IMG/VR virus record: IMGVR_UViG_3300027419_000049
Span: 1 to 46,182 of that record
DNA length: 46,182 nucleotides
Direction: 5' to 3' (one strand)
Source: a virus
Taxonomy: Duplodnaviria; Caudoviricetes
The first letter of the stretch is position 1; each line of letters begins with the position of its first letter. A program made the translations under genes and the position numbers. Of the stretch, positions 17,949-25,660 are shown piece by piece. The notes beneath the pieces were generated by a model. That model ran no database searches. It saw only the letters and a list, made by a program, of their open reading frames with translations, and was not told where the DNA came from.

Positions 17949-17975
17949 AGTGTTTCTCCTTTTCAAAATATAGAT

Positions 17976-18003
17976 TTCATTATAGGCTGGGTTTTAGTCG
18001 CGA
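17976..18003 (-). promoter_or_regulatory. Phage promoter motif copy
   Basis: TCGCGACTAAAACCCAGCCTATAATGAA. Confidence 0.65.
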
Positions 18004-18015
18004 CAAAAGAGGAGC

Positions 18016-18153
18016 TTAAGCTCCTTTTGCTGATTTTGCGTTCTTTAATTCGTTAAAGCTAACATACATAGCAACTCCAACTGCTCCTATCATAACTCCT
18101 ATAATTCCAGATAGCAACATTAAGTCACGAATATCTTTTGCACTCCACATCAT
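18016..18153 (-). CDS. Small membrane protein (45 aa)
   Basis: Not in ORF track: MMWSAKDIRDLMLLSGIIGVMIGAVGVAMYVSF...; stop lies in the GGAGC-TTAA-GCTCC terminator. Confidence 0.65.
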   Translation of the reverse strand: MMWSAKDIRDLMLLSGIIGVMIGAVGVAMYVSFNELKNAKSAKGA

Positions 18154-18165
18154 ATTTCACGCCCT

Positions 18166-18194
18166 TTCATTAAAGCCTATGTAACTTGTGCGAA
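18166..18194 (-). promoter_or_regulatory. Phage promoter motif copy
   Basis: TTCGCACAAGTTACATAGGCTTTAATGAA. Confidence 0.7.
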
Positions 18195-18199
18195 AGAAA

Positions 18200-18330
18200 A
18201 GAAGAATATAACGCTGTTTTCTATCTATCAAGATCCTACGTCCTACACTTTCGTGCTGATAGATCCCATGCTACTTAAATCTAGATGCATTATTGATCAT
18301 CACGTTATACCAGCTAGAACTGTTTCTTCT
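18200..18330 (-). ncRNA. Candidate multi-branched structured RNA (~130 nt)
   Basis: Nested stems AGAAGAA/TTCTTCT, TATAACG/CGTTATA, ATCTATCA/TGATAGAT, GCAC-GAAA-GTGT; lies between promoter motif and U-tract. Confidence 0.6.
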
Positions 18331-18357
18331 CATTATAGAATATGTAATTAGTGCGAA
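18329..18357 (-). promoter_or_regulatory. Phage promoter motif copy
   Basis: TTCGCACTAATTACATATTCTATAATGAG. Confidence 0.75.
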
Positions 18358-18366
18358 TAAGAGAGC

Positions 18367-18573
18367 TTATACTCCTACGTTTCCTTTTTCGATCTGGATT
18401 GACAAATGCTCCGCTTTAATATGTATCTTGGTATTCTTGAAGACATCGCCCTCATGCGTGGTATATAACTTTTCTGTCGGAATTTCGAACTCCACATCAA
18501 CGTTACGCGCCTCCCCAAGAATACCCTTTTTGATGATAGCCGATACTATCATGTCTGTGATTTTATTACCCAT
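18367..18573 (-). CDS. Hypothetical protein
   Basis: AGGAGACAAATCACCATG leader. Confidence 0.65.
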   Translation of the reverse strand: MGNKITDMIVSAIIKKGILGEARNVDVEFEIPTEKLYTTHEGDVFKNTKIHIKAEHLSIQIEKGNVGV

Positions 18574-18601
18574 GGTGATTTGTCTCCTATCAATTTTTCT
18601 T

Positions 18602-18628
18602 TTCATATAGTGTATGTTTATTCTGCGG
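18602..18628 (-). promoter_or_regulatory. Degenerate promoter motif copy
   Basis: CCGCAGAATAAACATACACTATATGAA. Confidence 0.5.
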
Positions 18629-18630
18629 GT

Positions 18631-19164
18631 TTAAAGAATATCTTTTTCGATCATCTCGGTTATGTAATCGACCGGAAGAACATCGATAATACGTAAATTA
18701 TATAATCTAAATTTTTCAAAATTATCGAAATATATTTTATCGTCTCTTATACGTCGTCTTACCTCGTCTTCCGAGTCACCTCTTGATAAGGCTCTAGAAA
18801 TAATAATATCTTCCGGTATATCCAACCATACGATATACGCGGGTTCAGTTAAACTTATAACACCTATTGGGTTGACCACTATAACAGTATTACCCACGGC
18901 ACGATAATCTTCAACAGCGGATCCATAATAACAAGACCCAAATTCAGCATTATAAAATGTGAACTCGGCAAAGAATCCGTCTATTAGTTTTTTCTCAAAG
19001 TCTTCAGTGCTAAGAAAATGATAATCAACACCATTGACCTCACCTTTTCGCATAGGTCTTGTTGTGTATGTAAGTATACGTCTGTAACCACGACTTTCCA
19101 AATAATGTGATAATGTCGTTTTACCAGAAGCAGTATTTCCAACTAAAACTATACATTTTTCCAT
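18631..19164 (-). CDS. gmk: Guanylate kinase-like protein
   Basis: P-loop GNTASGKTT; TYTTRPMRKGEVNGVDYHF; YYGS. Confidence 0.85.
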   Translation of the reverse strand: MEKCIVLVGNTASGKTTLSHYLESRGYRRILTYTTRPMRKGEVNGVDYHFLSTEDFEKKLIDGFFAEFTFYNAEFGSCYYGSAVEDYRAVGNTVIVVNPIGVISLTEPAYIVWLDIPEDIIISRALSRGDSEDEVRRRIRDDKIYFDNFEKFRLYNLRIIDVLPVDYITEMIEKDIL

Positions 19165-19166
19165 AT

Positions 19167-19442
19167 TTAATCCCTCGTTTCGTGTATTCTAGTCAACCAT
19201 CGTTGATGCTTAAACTCCAGCAACGGTTGATCTAGTTGAAGATCTAAGGTTTTAGTGCACAGCATAACGTCCGTATACTCTTCAACAACGTGTTCATAGC
19301 CCTCTTCCGCTGATACGGGTGTTGGGTTTTCTCCACGTAGTATACGAGCATATTTCAACGCTGCTTGTGCTAATTCGGCGGCTTCCTCCGCTAATTGTTC
19401 AAATACCGCCGGTTGACCAATTAAATCTAAAACATCATTCAT
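19167..19442 (-). CDS. MazG-like NTP pyrophosphohydrolase
   Basis: QLAEEAAELAQA...EEYTDV. Confidence 0.75.
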   Translation of the reverse strand: MNDVLDLIGQPAVFEQLAEEAAELAQAALKYARILRGENPTPVSAEEGYEHVVEEYTDVMLCTKTLDLQLDQPLLEFKHQRWLTRIHETRD

Positions 19443-19470
19443 AATTTCCTCCATAATTTAAAATATAAAA

Positions 19471-19547
19471 AGAGATGTGCAGGACTCGAACCTGCGACTT
19501 CGGCTTACTTAATTCAGCATGCGCTCTACCAACTGAGTTAACATCTC
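19471..19547 (-). tRNA. tRNA-like RNA 3 / pseudo-tRNA with aberrant anticodon arm, no CCA
   Basis: GAGATGT/ACATCTC acceptor; ACTCAGTTGGTAGAGC D-arm; GCAGG-TTCGAGT-CCTGC T-arm; 21-nt poorly paired anticodon region. Confidence 0.8.
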
Positions 19548-19578
19548 TTTCATTATAGTCCTTGTAATTTATGCGAAA
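19547..19578 (-). repeat. Promoter motif copy; 32-bp exact direct repeat A
   Basis: Identical to 19851-19882. Confidence 0.9.
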
Positions 19579-19607
19579 ATAAAGAGACTTTGTTAATCTC
19601 TTTATTT
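19576..19607 (-). terminator. Intrinsic terminator
   Basis: AAATAAAGAGA-loop-TCTCTTTATTTT. Confidence 0.65.
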
Positions 19608-19613
19608 AGTTGT

Positions 19614-19838
19614 TTATTTTTTTGCTAAAAACTCTTTTGCAGAATATTCAAGCTCCATTTTACCACTTCTTGCAATTTCCTTGATGTGCTCTATGTCTTC
19701 TGTTGATATTCCTAATGATTCCAGCCATTTGCTGAAATCTCTAATACTATCACCATAGACTAGGTTTCCACCAGATCTAATCCAACTCATTATGTATCTT
19801 GTTGCATGAATTTCGTTAATTTTTTTGTTTTCAAACAT
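19614..19838 (-). CDS. Hypothetical protein flanked by exact repeats
   Basis: HATRYIMSW...GKMELE; GAAAGGAG RBS. Confidence 0.75.
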   Translation of the reverse strand: MFENKKINEIHATRYIMSWIRSGGNLVYGDSIRDFSKWLESLGISTEDIEHIKEIARSGKMELEYSAKEFLAKK

Positions 19839-19850
19839 TATGTTCAACTC

Positions 19851-19882
19851 CTTTCATTATAGTCCTTGTAATTTATGCGAAA
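19851..19882 (-). repeat. Promoter motif copy; 32-bp exact direct repeat B
   Basis: ctttcattatagtccttgtaatttatgcgaaa on + strand. Confidence 0.9.
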
Positions 19883-19890
19883 GGAAAGGC

Positions 19891-20088
19891 CTATGTGGCC
19901 TCCTCCTCTATTTCCTCTTTCTCTATGTATGCTGTTAATTGCCGAATTTGACTTTCAACATCTCCCAGTTTCTTTGTGTTACTTCTCATCTTGGCATTGT
20001 ACTTTTCAACCTTTCTTGCTAACTTGGCGTTCTTAGCACAATACCCTACAATCGAAGCTCCGCAAATCATCGCTCTTAGGACGTTCAT
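19891..20088 (-). CDS. Small coiled-coil protein
   Basis: RBS; stop lies in the GGCC hairpin terminator. Confidence 0.65.
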   Translation of the reverse strand: MNVLRAMICGASIVGYCAKNAKLARKVEKYNAKMRSNTKKLGDVESQIRQLTAYIEKEEIEEEAT

Positions 20089-20118
20089 AATAAGTCTCCT
20101 TTTCAATATAGTATACAC

Positions 20119-20147
20119 TTCATTAGAGACCCTGTTATAACTGCGAA
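20119..20147 (-). promoter_or_regulatory. Phage promoter motif copy
   Basis: TTCGCAGTTATAACAGGGTCTCTAATGAA. Confidence 0.65.
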
Positions 20148-20188
20148 AAATAAAAGGCTATGTTTTAACCTTTTATTTGTTTTTTGCT

Positions 20189-20287
20189 TTAATGATAAAA
20201 TTCAATCAGACAACATGCCACACTATACCAACTAACAACGGCAACTACTAAACTTACAGCTACTACGCCAATTTTTACTTTGTTCAT
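20189..20287 (-). CDS. Hydrophobic peptide (32 aa)
   Basis: Not in ORF track: MNKVKIGVVAVSLVVAVVSWYSVACCLIEFYH; GAGGAG RBS; terminator at 20146-20178. Confidence 0.55.
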   Translation of the reverse strand: MNKVKIGVVAVSLVVAVVSWYSVACCLIEFYH

Positions 20288-20309
20288 TGTATGTCTCCTC
20301 TCAATTTCT

Positions 20310-20337
20310 TTCATTAAAGCGTGTGTTTTTTATACGA
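20310..20337 (-). promoter_or_regulatory. Phage promoter motif copy
   Basis: TCGTATAAAAAACACACGCTTTAATGAA. Confidence 0.6.
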
Positions 20338-20357
20338 GAAAAGGGGAAGGCGTGTTG

Positions 20358-20645
20358 TTACACACGCCCTTTAATAACGAACCCTAATGCTTTACTGGTG
20401 ATTACCCCGGCTTTTTCGTAATTCAACATCAACGCTATCTCCAGTAGACTACACACTACTACGGCTATTGTATCGGGACTGATCTTACGATCCTTTTCTT
20501 TGCTTTTAGCATCAAAAAGTTTTCCCAGATTACTTACCATAGCAGAATATTCTTCTGAATCTGCATCTAACGCTGACATTGCTTTTAAAACCGAGTCAAT
20601 CTCCTTTTCTAGATTAGTACGCTTGTCTCTATTGGTGAATTTCAT
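20358..20645 (-). CDS. Conserved small membrane-associated protein
   Basis: ISPDTIAVVV...YEKAGVITSKALGFV; stop lies in the GGCGTG/CACGCC terminator. Confidence 0.75.
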   Translation of the reverse strand: MKFTNRDKRTNLEKEIDSVLKAMSALDADSEEYSAMVSNLGKLFDAKSKEKDRKISPDTIAVVVCSLLEIALMLNYEKAGVITSKALGFVIKGRV

Positions 20646-20693
20646 ACGCTTTCCCACTTTCTTTTGTTTACAATTTCTGTTATATTTTTGTTC

Positions 20694-20722
20694 TCTATTA
20701 AAGGGTGGGTTATTTCTGCGAA
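20694..20722 (-). promoter_or_regulatory. Promoter motif copy overlapping the holin stop
   Basis: TTCGCAGAAATAACCCACCCTTTAATAGA. Confidence 0.6.
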
Positions 20723-21054
20723 AGGTCGGCTCCAGAATTGACGATAAGCGTGACCGTCTTTTGGGTGGCGAGTTTATCGAGGTCCACATCCAAGTCGAGT
20801 CGGTAAATATCCTTGGTTGGGTCGGACATATCGATTTGCAGGGTTCCGTTCGTAGCAGTCTCTGGCAGACCGGTAGCAAAACTAGTCAGTATCGAATAGA
20901 TACCTGCCGAAGCTGCTACGGAGAGTATGTACACCCAGTTGTTGGCCTCGAGAGCGGCGCCTACAGTGATTAAGCTTAGGGCTGTCTGCGCTACGGTTCT
21001 GAGAGCTCTCATGAGCGCTGCCAGTAACCATTCCTTGGTAAGTTTGTTATTCAT
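20710..21054 (-). CDS. Holin (r1t-like) with C-terminal extension
   Basis: WLLAALMRALRTVAQTAL...SILTSFATGLPE. Confidence 0.8.
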   Translation of the reverse strand: MNNKLTKEWLLAALMRALRTVAQTALSLITVGAALEANNWVYILSVAASAGIYSILTSFATGLPETATNGTLQIDMSDPTKDIYRLDLDVDLDKLATQKTVTLIVNSGADLSQK

Positions 21055-21376
21055 GGTGTTTTTCTCCTTCGATTTTTAGTGTTGTTTCTATAACCACAAC
21101 CCGTTTATCAACGGCCGTAATAGCTTTGGCGTTTTCTCCAACGGCCTCCCAAATCTCGTCATGCTCTTTACAGTTTTGGGTGACTATTTTGTCAAGTTGT
21201 GTTTTTAGCATTGATACACAGGTAACCAGCTCGATATTGGTTTTGTTTAGGGCATTCAATGGTTTTGAGAGCTTCTCAAACCATCCTATAACAATACCTA
21301 CGAGGGTTAACAACGTTACAAATACTAAGACTATGTCCCACTTGGTGAGTTCACTGACTCCTTCAGGCATGGGCAT
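21047..21376 (-). CDS. Membrane coiled-coil protein of lysis module
   Basis: TM plus coiled coil, adjacent to holin. Confidence 0.65.
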   Translation of the reverse strand: MPMPEGVSELTKWDIVLVFVTLLTLVGIVIGWFEKLSKPLNALNKTNIELVTCVSMLKTQLDKIVTQNCKEHDEIWEAVGENAKAITAVDKRVVVIETTLKIEGEKHHE

Positions 21377-21409
21377 ATCCTCTCTTTCCTATTTGTCTTG
21401 TATTAAGAA

Positions 21410-22819
21410 TTATTTGCCCGCAATAAAGCGAACTAAGTCCATGATGCGAAGTCTGCGGTTAAAGCCATTAATGTCGGCCATTCTTGAGTATATGGAGTAG
21501 TTATCGCCGTCCGTAACCACACCACCAGAATCGACTGAGAACTCAGTCTTATAACCATCTTTCCGGCTAAACACCTGACGAACCTCGGTTATAACGCCCA
21601 GGCTTGTTCCTTGCACGCCATCAATGTCCACCACCTCGGCTACATCGCCTACTAAGAGCTGCGGACGGAACGGACCAGTTAGGTCCTCACCAATACCGAC
21701 ATACTGATAGGCTGCCGCTTGCATTTCAGCAAAGACTTGCAATTCTGCCTGAGTAAATCCGTCCGGAGCCTTGATATGCTTGGTTCTGTGCTTACCTAAC
21801 GCCCAATATGGGAAGTTGGTTATGTCAACCATTACGGGTGTAAGGTCAACATCGCTTGCGTTCTTACCAGTTACTCGGATTGCTGTATAACACCCGTCGG
21901 ACATCTTACTAGTCTTACGTCTGAAGACGTCATGATGAGCATAGAAGCTATAGTAACTGTTAGGTTGGACTGCGGATATCCAATTCTCATACCCAACACA
22001 AACGGTTCCGTCAGCTAGTTCGGCCATAGCCCAAACAAGGGACGAACCAGTAAAGTAAGATATCATCTGTTGGAGTCCTTCTAGGAGGGTCATCTCAGGC
22101 TTAAATTTGTGAGCCATAGAGCCCACTGCGGGTTGTAACGAGTATTTAGTAACACCAGCGTAGTCTAATATAGCCTTTACGACGGCGTTGGACGTACCAG
22201 TGTACTCGTAGACGTTATCAAACGTCTGATCCTTAAGCAAATATCCGATCGAGTTACGTCCGGACAAGGGTACAAGTTCACCATTGACTTCGTACGAGCA
22301 CTCGTCGAGACGAGCAACACCGATGGGATAGGCCTCGCTATCTCCCATTTTGATGGCTAATGTGATTCTAGCACCGGGTTGGAAAAGCGTCACTTGGTCT
22401 CCGAAGACGTCGGGACCAATGTTTTGTACGTTTGCTGAGAACTGAGAAATAGCATTGTCAGTTTGGGTTGTCCATGACCACGAGTCGAGTATTGGAGCCA
22501 AATCCATGGCGTAGACATATCGAAGGAATACAAGTTTAGTCCCCTCAATCGCTACGCCATAGAGTATACCATTACAAGGATGGTCAAGACCGAGTGCTGT
22601 GTAGGGGTTTTGGTTGACGAAGGTGGAGGGGTCTGATAAAACTGAGACTTCCCAATGCCCATATGGAACAGTCTCCGTACGAGTCTTAAGTCCGCCGTTT
22701 AGAAATAACGTCTGCGCAACCTCGTCATAATAATGTACGACTCCTCCGACTTTTACGTCCGTATCAGTACCGATATCTCGATAGAAATCCCAGACAAGCG
22801 GTGCAGTACTAGCGGCCAT
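21410..22819 (-). CDS. Tail/baseplate hub-like protein
   Basis: Position; C-terminal PFRPQLLVGD...GVITEV. Confidence 0.65.
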   Translation of the reverse strand: MAASTAPLVWDFYRDIGTDTDVKVGGVVHYYDEVAQTLFLNGGLKTRTETVPYGHWEVSVLSDPSTFVNQNPYTALGLDHPCNGILYGVAIEGTKLVFLRYVYAMDLAPILDSWSWTTQTDNAISQFSANVQNIGPDVFGDQVTLFQPGARITLAIKMGDSEAYPIGVARLDECSYEVNGELVPLSGRNSIGYLLKDQTFDNVYEYTGTSNAVVKAILDYAGVTKYSLQPAVGSMAHKFKPEMTLLEGLQQMISYFTGSSLVWAMAELADGTVCVGYENWISAVQPNSYYSFYAHHDVFRRKTSKMSDGCYTAIRVTGKNASDVDLTPVMVDITNFPYWALGKHRTKHIKAPDGFTQAELQVFAEMQAAAYQYVGIGEDLTGPFRPQLLVGDVAEVVDIDGVQGTSLGVITEVRQVFSRKDGYKTEFSVDSGGVVTDGDNYSIYSRMADINGFNRRLRIMDLVRFIAGK

Positions 22820-22836
22820 TCAGATCCCTCCTTTTC

Positions 22837-24339
22837 TTAACCAATGTATTCCCCTAATTGAATTTCGAACGAGAAATCAAAAACGTGGTTGGCATCCTTA
22901 GCAATATTCTGAGTGTGATAATCGGCCGTGATGACGGCTCCAGAAGTCGGGGCGACATCAAAGTGAATATTTTTGTCGGTCGTTCTGGTTAGCGTTGGCG
23001 TAACTCTTTCAGAATCGCTTGGGCGAGAATCATAGGCGACCTTAATAAACTCGTAATGCTGATATTCGCTTGCTATTGCCGCAAAATCAACCTGTACCCA
23101 GTTGATGCAGTCATTGGACATATACATATGTGTGAATCCAGAGTTGCTTCGAGTAAACTGGGTTATACCAATCGTTTCGTGATAAATATTTCGATAGTAC
23201 GTCGCCTTCGGGTCGCCAGTTAAATTGTATTGGGCAACGCCTACCAGACCATTTGTGTCAGAATATGAACTCCAATGATCGTGGCAGTAGGGGAAGAACC
23301 CATCAACTCCGCCATTAACTGGGTTTATCAGTTGGAACAACCCAATTGCAAGAGTTTGAGTAAGCGGATAGTTTTCGTCAATGGTTACTCCGGTAGTTTG
23401 CTCAACACCATTGACATAAATTTTTGCCGCAGATACAAGCGAAAACGCGGTCTGAAAATCTTTGATTACTCCATCGCCCGTTGCAACTGCTTCACCAGTT
23501 ACGTTACTTCCGGCAAACCATGAAGCATAGCATGGGAAAAACATGAGGAAGTTGTAGTACGAGTTGTTATAGTAGGAAGCCATAACCCCTCGGTTCATCG
23601 CTACTATGTTGCCAGTATTGGCACCAAGACGAGTGACAGCACCCTTAATTTTCTTTTCAGCCGGAACTACTGAGAGTCCGATTGCCGGATAAGGGTATCC
23701 ATTATCGCCACCCATAATAGAGTTTTTTTGAAGGACAAGAACAGGAGCGAACTGATACATATTTGTTGCTCCGGTTAGTACATCAAGCCATATGTGGTTC
23801 TTGTTGATAAACACGATGTCGGTGTTCTCGCCCCAGTGGACAAATACTGTAGCATAGATATTAATAATATCAGTGCTAGTCTTAGCAATGCTAATTTGAT
23901 TTCCATTCATATCCTTTAGCATTGCATGAGTCATTAGTTTGTCAGTTGCCGCTGTAAAGCCGATTCCGATTTCGGTAAGCGTTTGACCTATGTTTTCAGT
24001 TTCGGATATGGTTATTTTTTTCTTGGTCATAAAAGTATGACCGTTGACAAATTTACGCTCATAATCAACTGCGGCCTTCGCCGACAAATACGTGAACAAG
24101 CCCGTCCTCGTTGCCGAGGGAGTTCCAGACCCAGTTCCGTAATGTATGTAGGCGAACCAAGAGTTGTTTCCAATGTAGGTCCACAATTGATTCAGAACAA
24201 TGTTTTCAGCGTAAGCTTTTTGCTTAACTGCTCCAGTGACTGAATCAATAACCTCAATGTCAAAACGGTTATGTATACTGGCATCCAATGACGCTTCGAT
24301 CTTTTTTGGAATTATATTCCTTTTGGTACCTCTTATCAT
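22837..24339 (-). CDS. Tail fibre / receptor-binding-like protein
   Basis: AENIVLN, GTGSGTP, GEAVATGDG, APTSGAVITADY. Confidence 0.65.
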   Translation of the reverse strand: MIRGTKRNIIPKKIEASLDASIHNRFDIEVIDSVTGAVKQKAYAENIVLNQLWTYIGNNSWFAYIHYGTGSGTPSATRTGLFTYLSAKAAVDYERKFVNGHTFMTKKKITISETENIGQTLTEIGIGFTAATDKLMTHAMLKDMNGNQISIAKTSTDIINIYATVFVHWGENTDIVFINKNHIWLDVLTGATNMYQFAPVLVLQKNSIMGGDNGYPYPAIGLSVVPAEKKIKGAVTRLGANTGNIVAMNRGVMASYYNNSYYNFLMFFPCYASWFAGSNVTGEAVATGDGVIKDFQTAFSLVSAAKIYVNGVEQTTGVTIDENYPLTQTLAIGLFQLINPVNGGVDGFFPYCHDHWSSYSDTNGLVGVAQYNLTGDPKATYYRNIYHETIGITQFTRSNSGFTHMYMSNDCINWVQVDFAAIASEYQHYEFIKVAYDSRPSDSERVTPTLTRTTDKNIHFDVAPTSGAVITADYHTQNIAKDANHVFDFSFEIQLGEYIG

Positions 24340-24351
24340 TTATGTACCTCC

Positions 24352-25281
24352 TTATATGTCGTTAACGTGAGTTAATACACCAGTCGCCGAAAGAGAGATT
24401 TCAATATGCCCCTGTTCTTGGTCTGCTGTATTTGTGTAATAGATTTGGGATAATGCGCCCGTAGCAGAAATTGAAACCTCGATATGTTCTATGTTGTTTT
24501 GATCGGGTTTGGGTATTAGTTCCGTCGGCAAAAATGTTTGAGAAAAGGCTTCAACGTTTCCAGTAGACCCAGCAAGAGAACCAAGTCCATCATAGGCAAT
24601 GGTTATGTTTCCAGCAGAACTCTCAAACCTTTCTAGTGGCATTACTTCAAGAATGACTTCTTTTGCGTTATCGCCCATAGATATGGTGTTCACGGTTTTG
24701 ACAACGTTTCTTAAAGTTCCATTTGGAACACTGTCATATTCAGGAACCGTGATAGTGAAGTGGCTTTCGTTTCCGGTAGGTCTATCTGCAAACTGGATTT
24801 CCTCAATTTGCAATCCCGAGTTATTGCTCGTATTCATGTATATACGATAGTATAGATAAGGCGTCGTGTTATTAGTGTCGAATTCAACCCACCCAGCAGT
24901 TCCTTGTGGGGCTGGAACCGATACCGTTGATAAATCTACCCAGGAAGTCCCATCATTACTTCCTTGAAATATAACCGATAATGGTCTGTACAATCCACTA
25001 GATGTTAGGTACATTCTCCATTTGGGAAATGCTTTAGCAACTGTATATTGAACTTTGAACCATTCTCCTGCAACAAATCCAGAAATAAACCATGAGGTTG
25101 TGGTCAACCCGTCAGCGGCGTTGGTTACTGGATAACCACTATAGGCATGACTTCCAGTTACGGTGCCCATTATTTTTTGGTAGGAATATGATAGTACTGG
25201 ATTTAAGCCAGTTACGTCGCCAATAAGCGCCTTATCAAACGTGATTTTTATTTTAGCACCATCGCCTTTTACCCAACTCAT
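24352..25281 (-). CDS. Tail protein with discoidin (F5/8C-like) domain
   Basis: NAADG..TTSW, FQGSNDGTSW, YLYYRI, IEEIQF. Confidence 0.75.
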   Translation of the reverse strand: MSWVKGDGAKIKITFDKALIGDVTGLNPVLSYSYQKIMGTVTGSHAYSGYPVTNAADGLTTTSWFISGFVAGEWFKVQYTVAKAFPKWRMYLTSSGLYRPLSVIFQGSNDGTSWVDLSTVSVPAPQGTAGWVEFDTNNTTPYLYYRIYMNTSNNSGLQIEEIQFADRPTGNESHFTITVPEYDSVPNGTLRNVVKTVNTISMGDNAKEVILEVMPLERFESSAGNITIAYDGLGSLAGSTGNVEAFSQTFLPTELIPKPDQNNIEHIEVSISATGALSQIYYTNTADQEQGHIEISLSATGVLTHVNDI

Positions 25282-25436
25282 ATATTAGTCACCGCCTTTA
25301 CGATCGGTACTCCGCCGGAAGAAGAAAAACAACCCCGAAGCACGAGCCAATATAAAAGGTCGTGATAACTGAAACTTTTTGAGCCTATAGGCGACAAAGG
25401 TGTGGTTATAGCGCCGCATAGGTTTTTATATTGCAT
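25278..25436 (-). CDS. Small tail-region protein (52 aa)
   Basis: Not in ORF track: MQYKNLCGAITTP...; GGAGG RBS; ATGA overlap with the next gene. Confidence 0.6.
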   Translation of the reverse strand: MQYKNLCGAITTPLSPIGSKSFSYHDLLYWLVLRGCFSSSGGVPIVKAVTNI

Positions 25437-25439
25437 ACT

Positions 25440-25646
25440 CTATACCTCCCCTAAGAGGGCCCATACAACGCCGGTAAACCAGTACACTTTTCCGTTGCCA
25501 ATTAGAGCAAAACTCCAAGCTGGTATGTCTTCAAGACGTCCTGTTACAGCAACCATCTGTTCAGGAGTTGTCGGAAGCTCCGAAACATGGGCTTCTGTAT
25601 CTACACCAAAAACCAATCCGCCGTATCTAGAAATAAGTTTAACCAT
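25440..25646 (-). CDS. Small tail-region protein
   Basis: GGAGG RBS. Confidence 0.65.
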   Translation of the reverse strand: MVKLISRYGGLVFGVDTEAHVSELPTTPEQMVAVTGRLEDIPAWSFALIGNGKVYWFTGVVWALLGEV

Positions 25647-25660
25647 AATGTTTCCTCCAA

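Noticed and set aside
18200-18330. Hammerhead ribozyme or bona fide c-di-GMP-I riboswitch
   Set aside because: No CUGANGA core; c-di-GMP-I P1 and P3 elements not found
19471-19547. Ochre-suppressor tRNA or genetic code reassignment
   Set aside because: TTA is not in a canonical anticodon loop, and genes terminate normally at TAA, TAG and TGA
16169-20722. CRISPR array or integron interpretation of the repeated motif
   Set aside because: Copies are degenerate and non-palindromic, contain TATAAT, are irregularly spaced (about 120-1300 bp), and there is no cas or integrase gene
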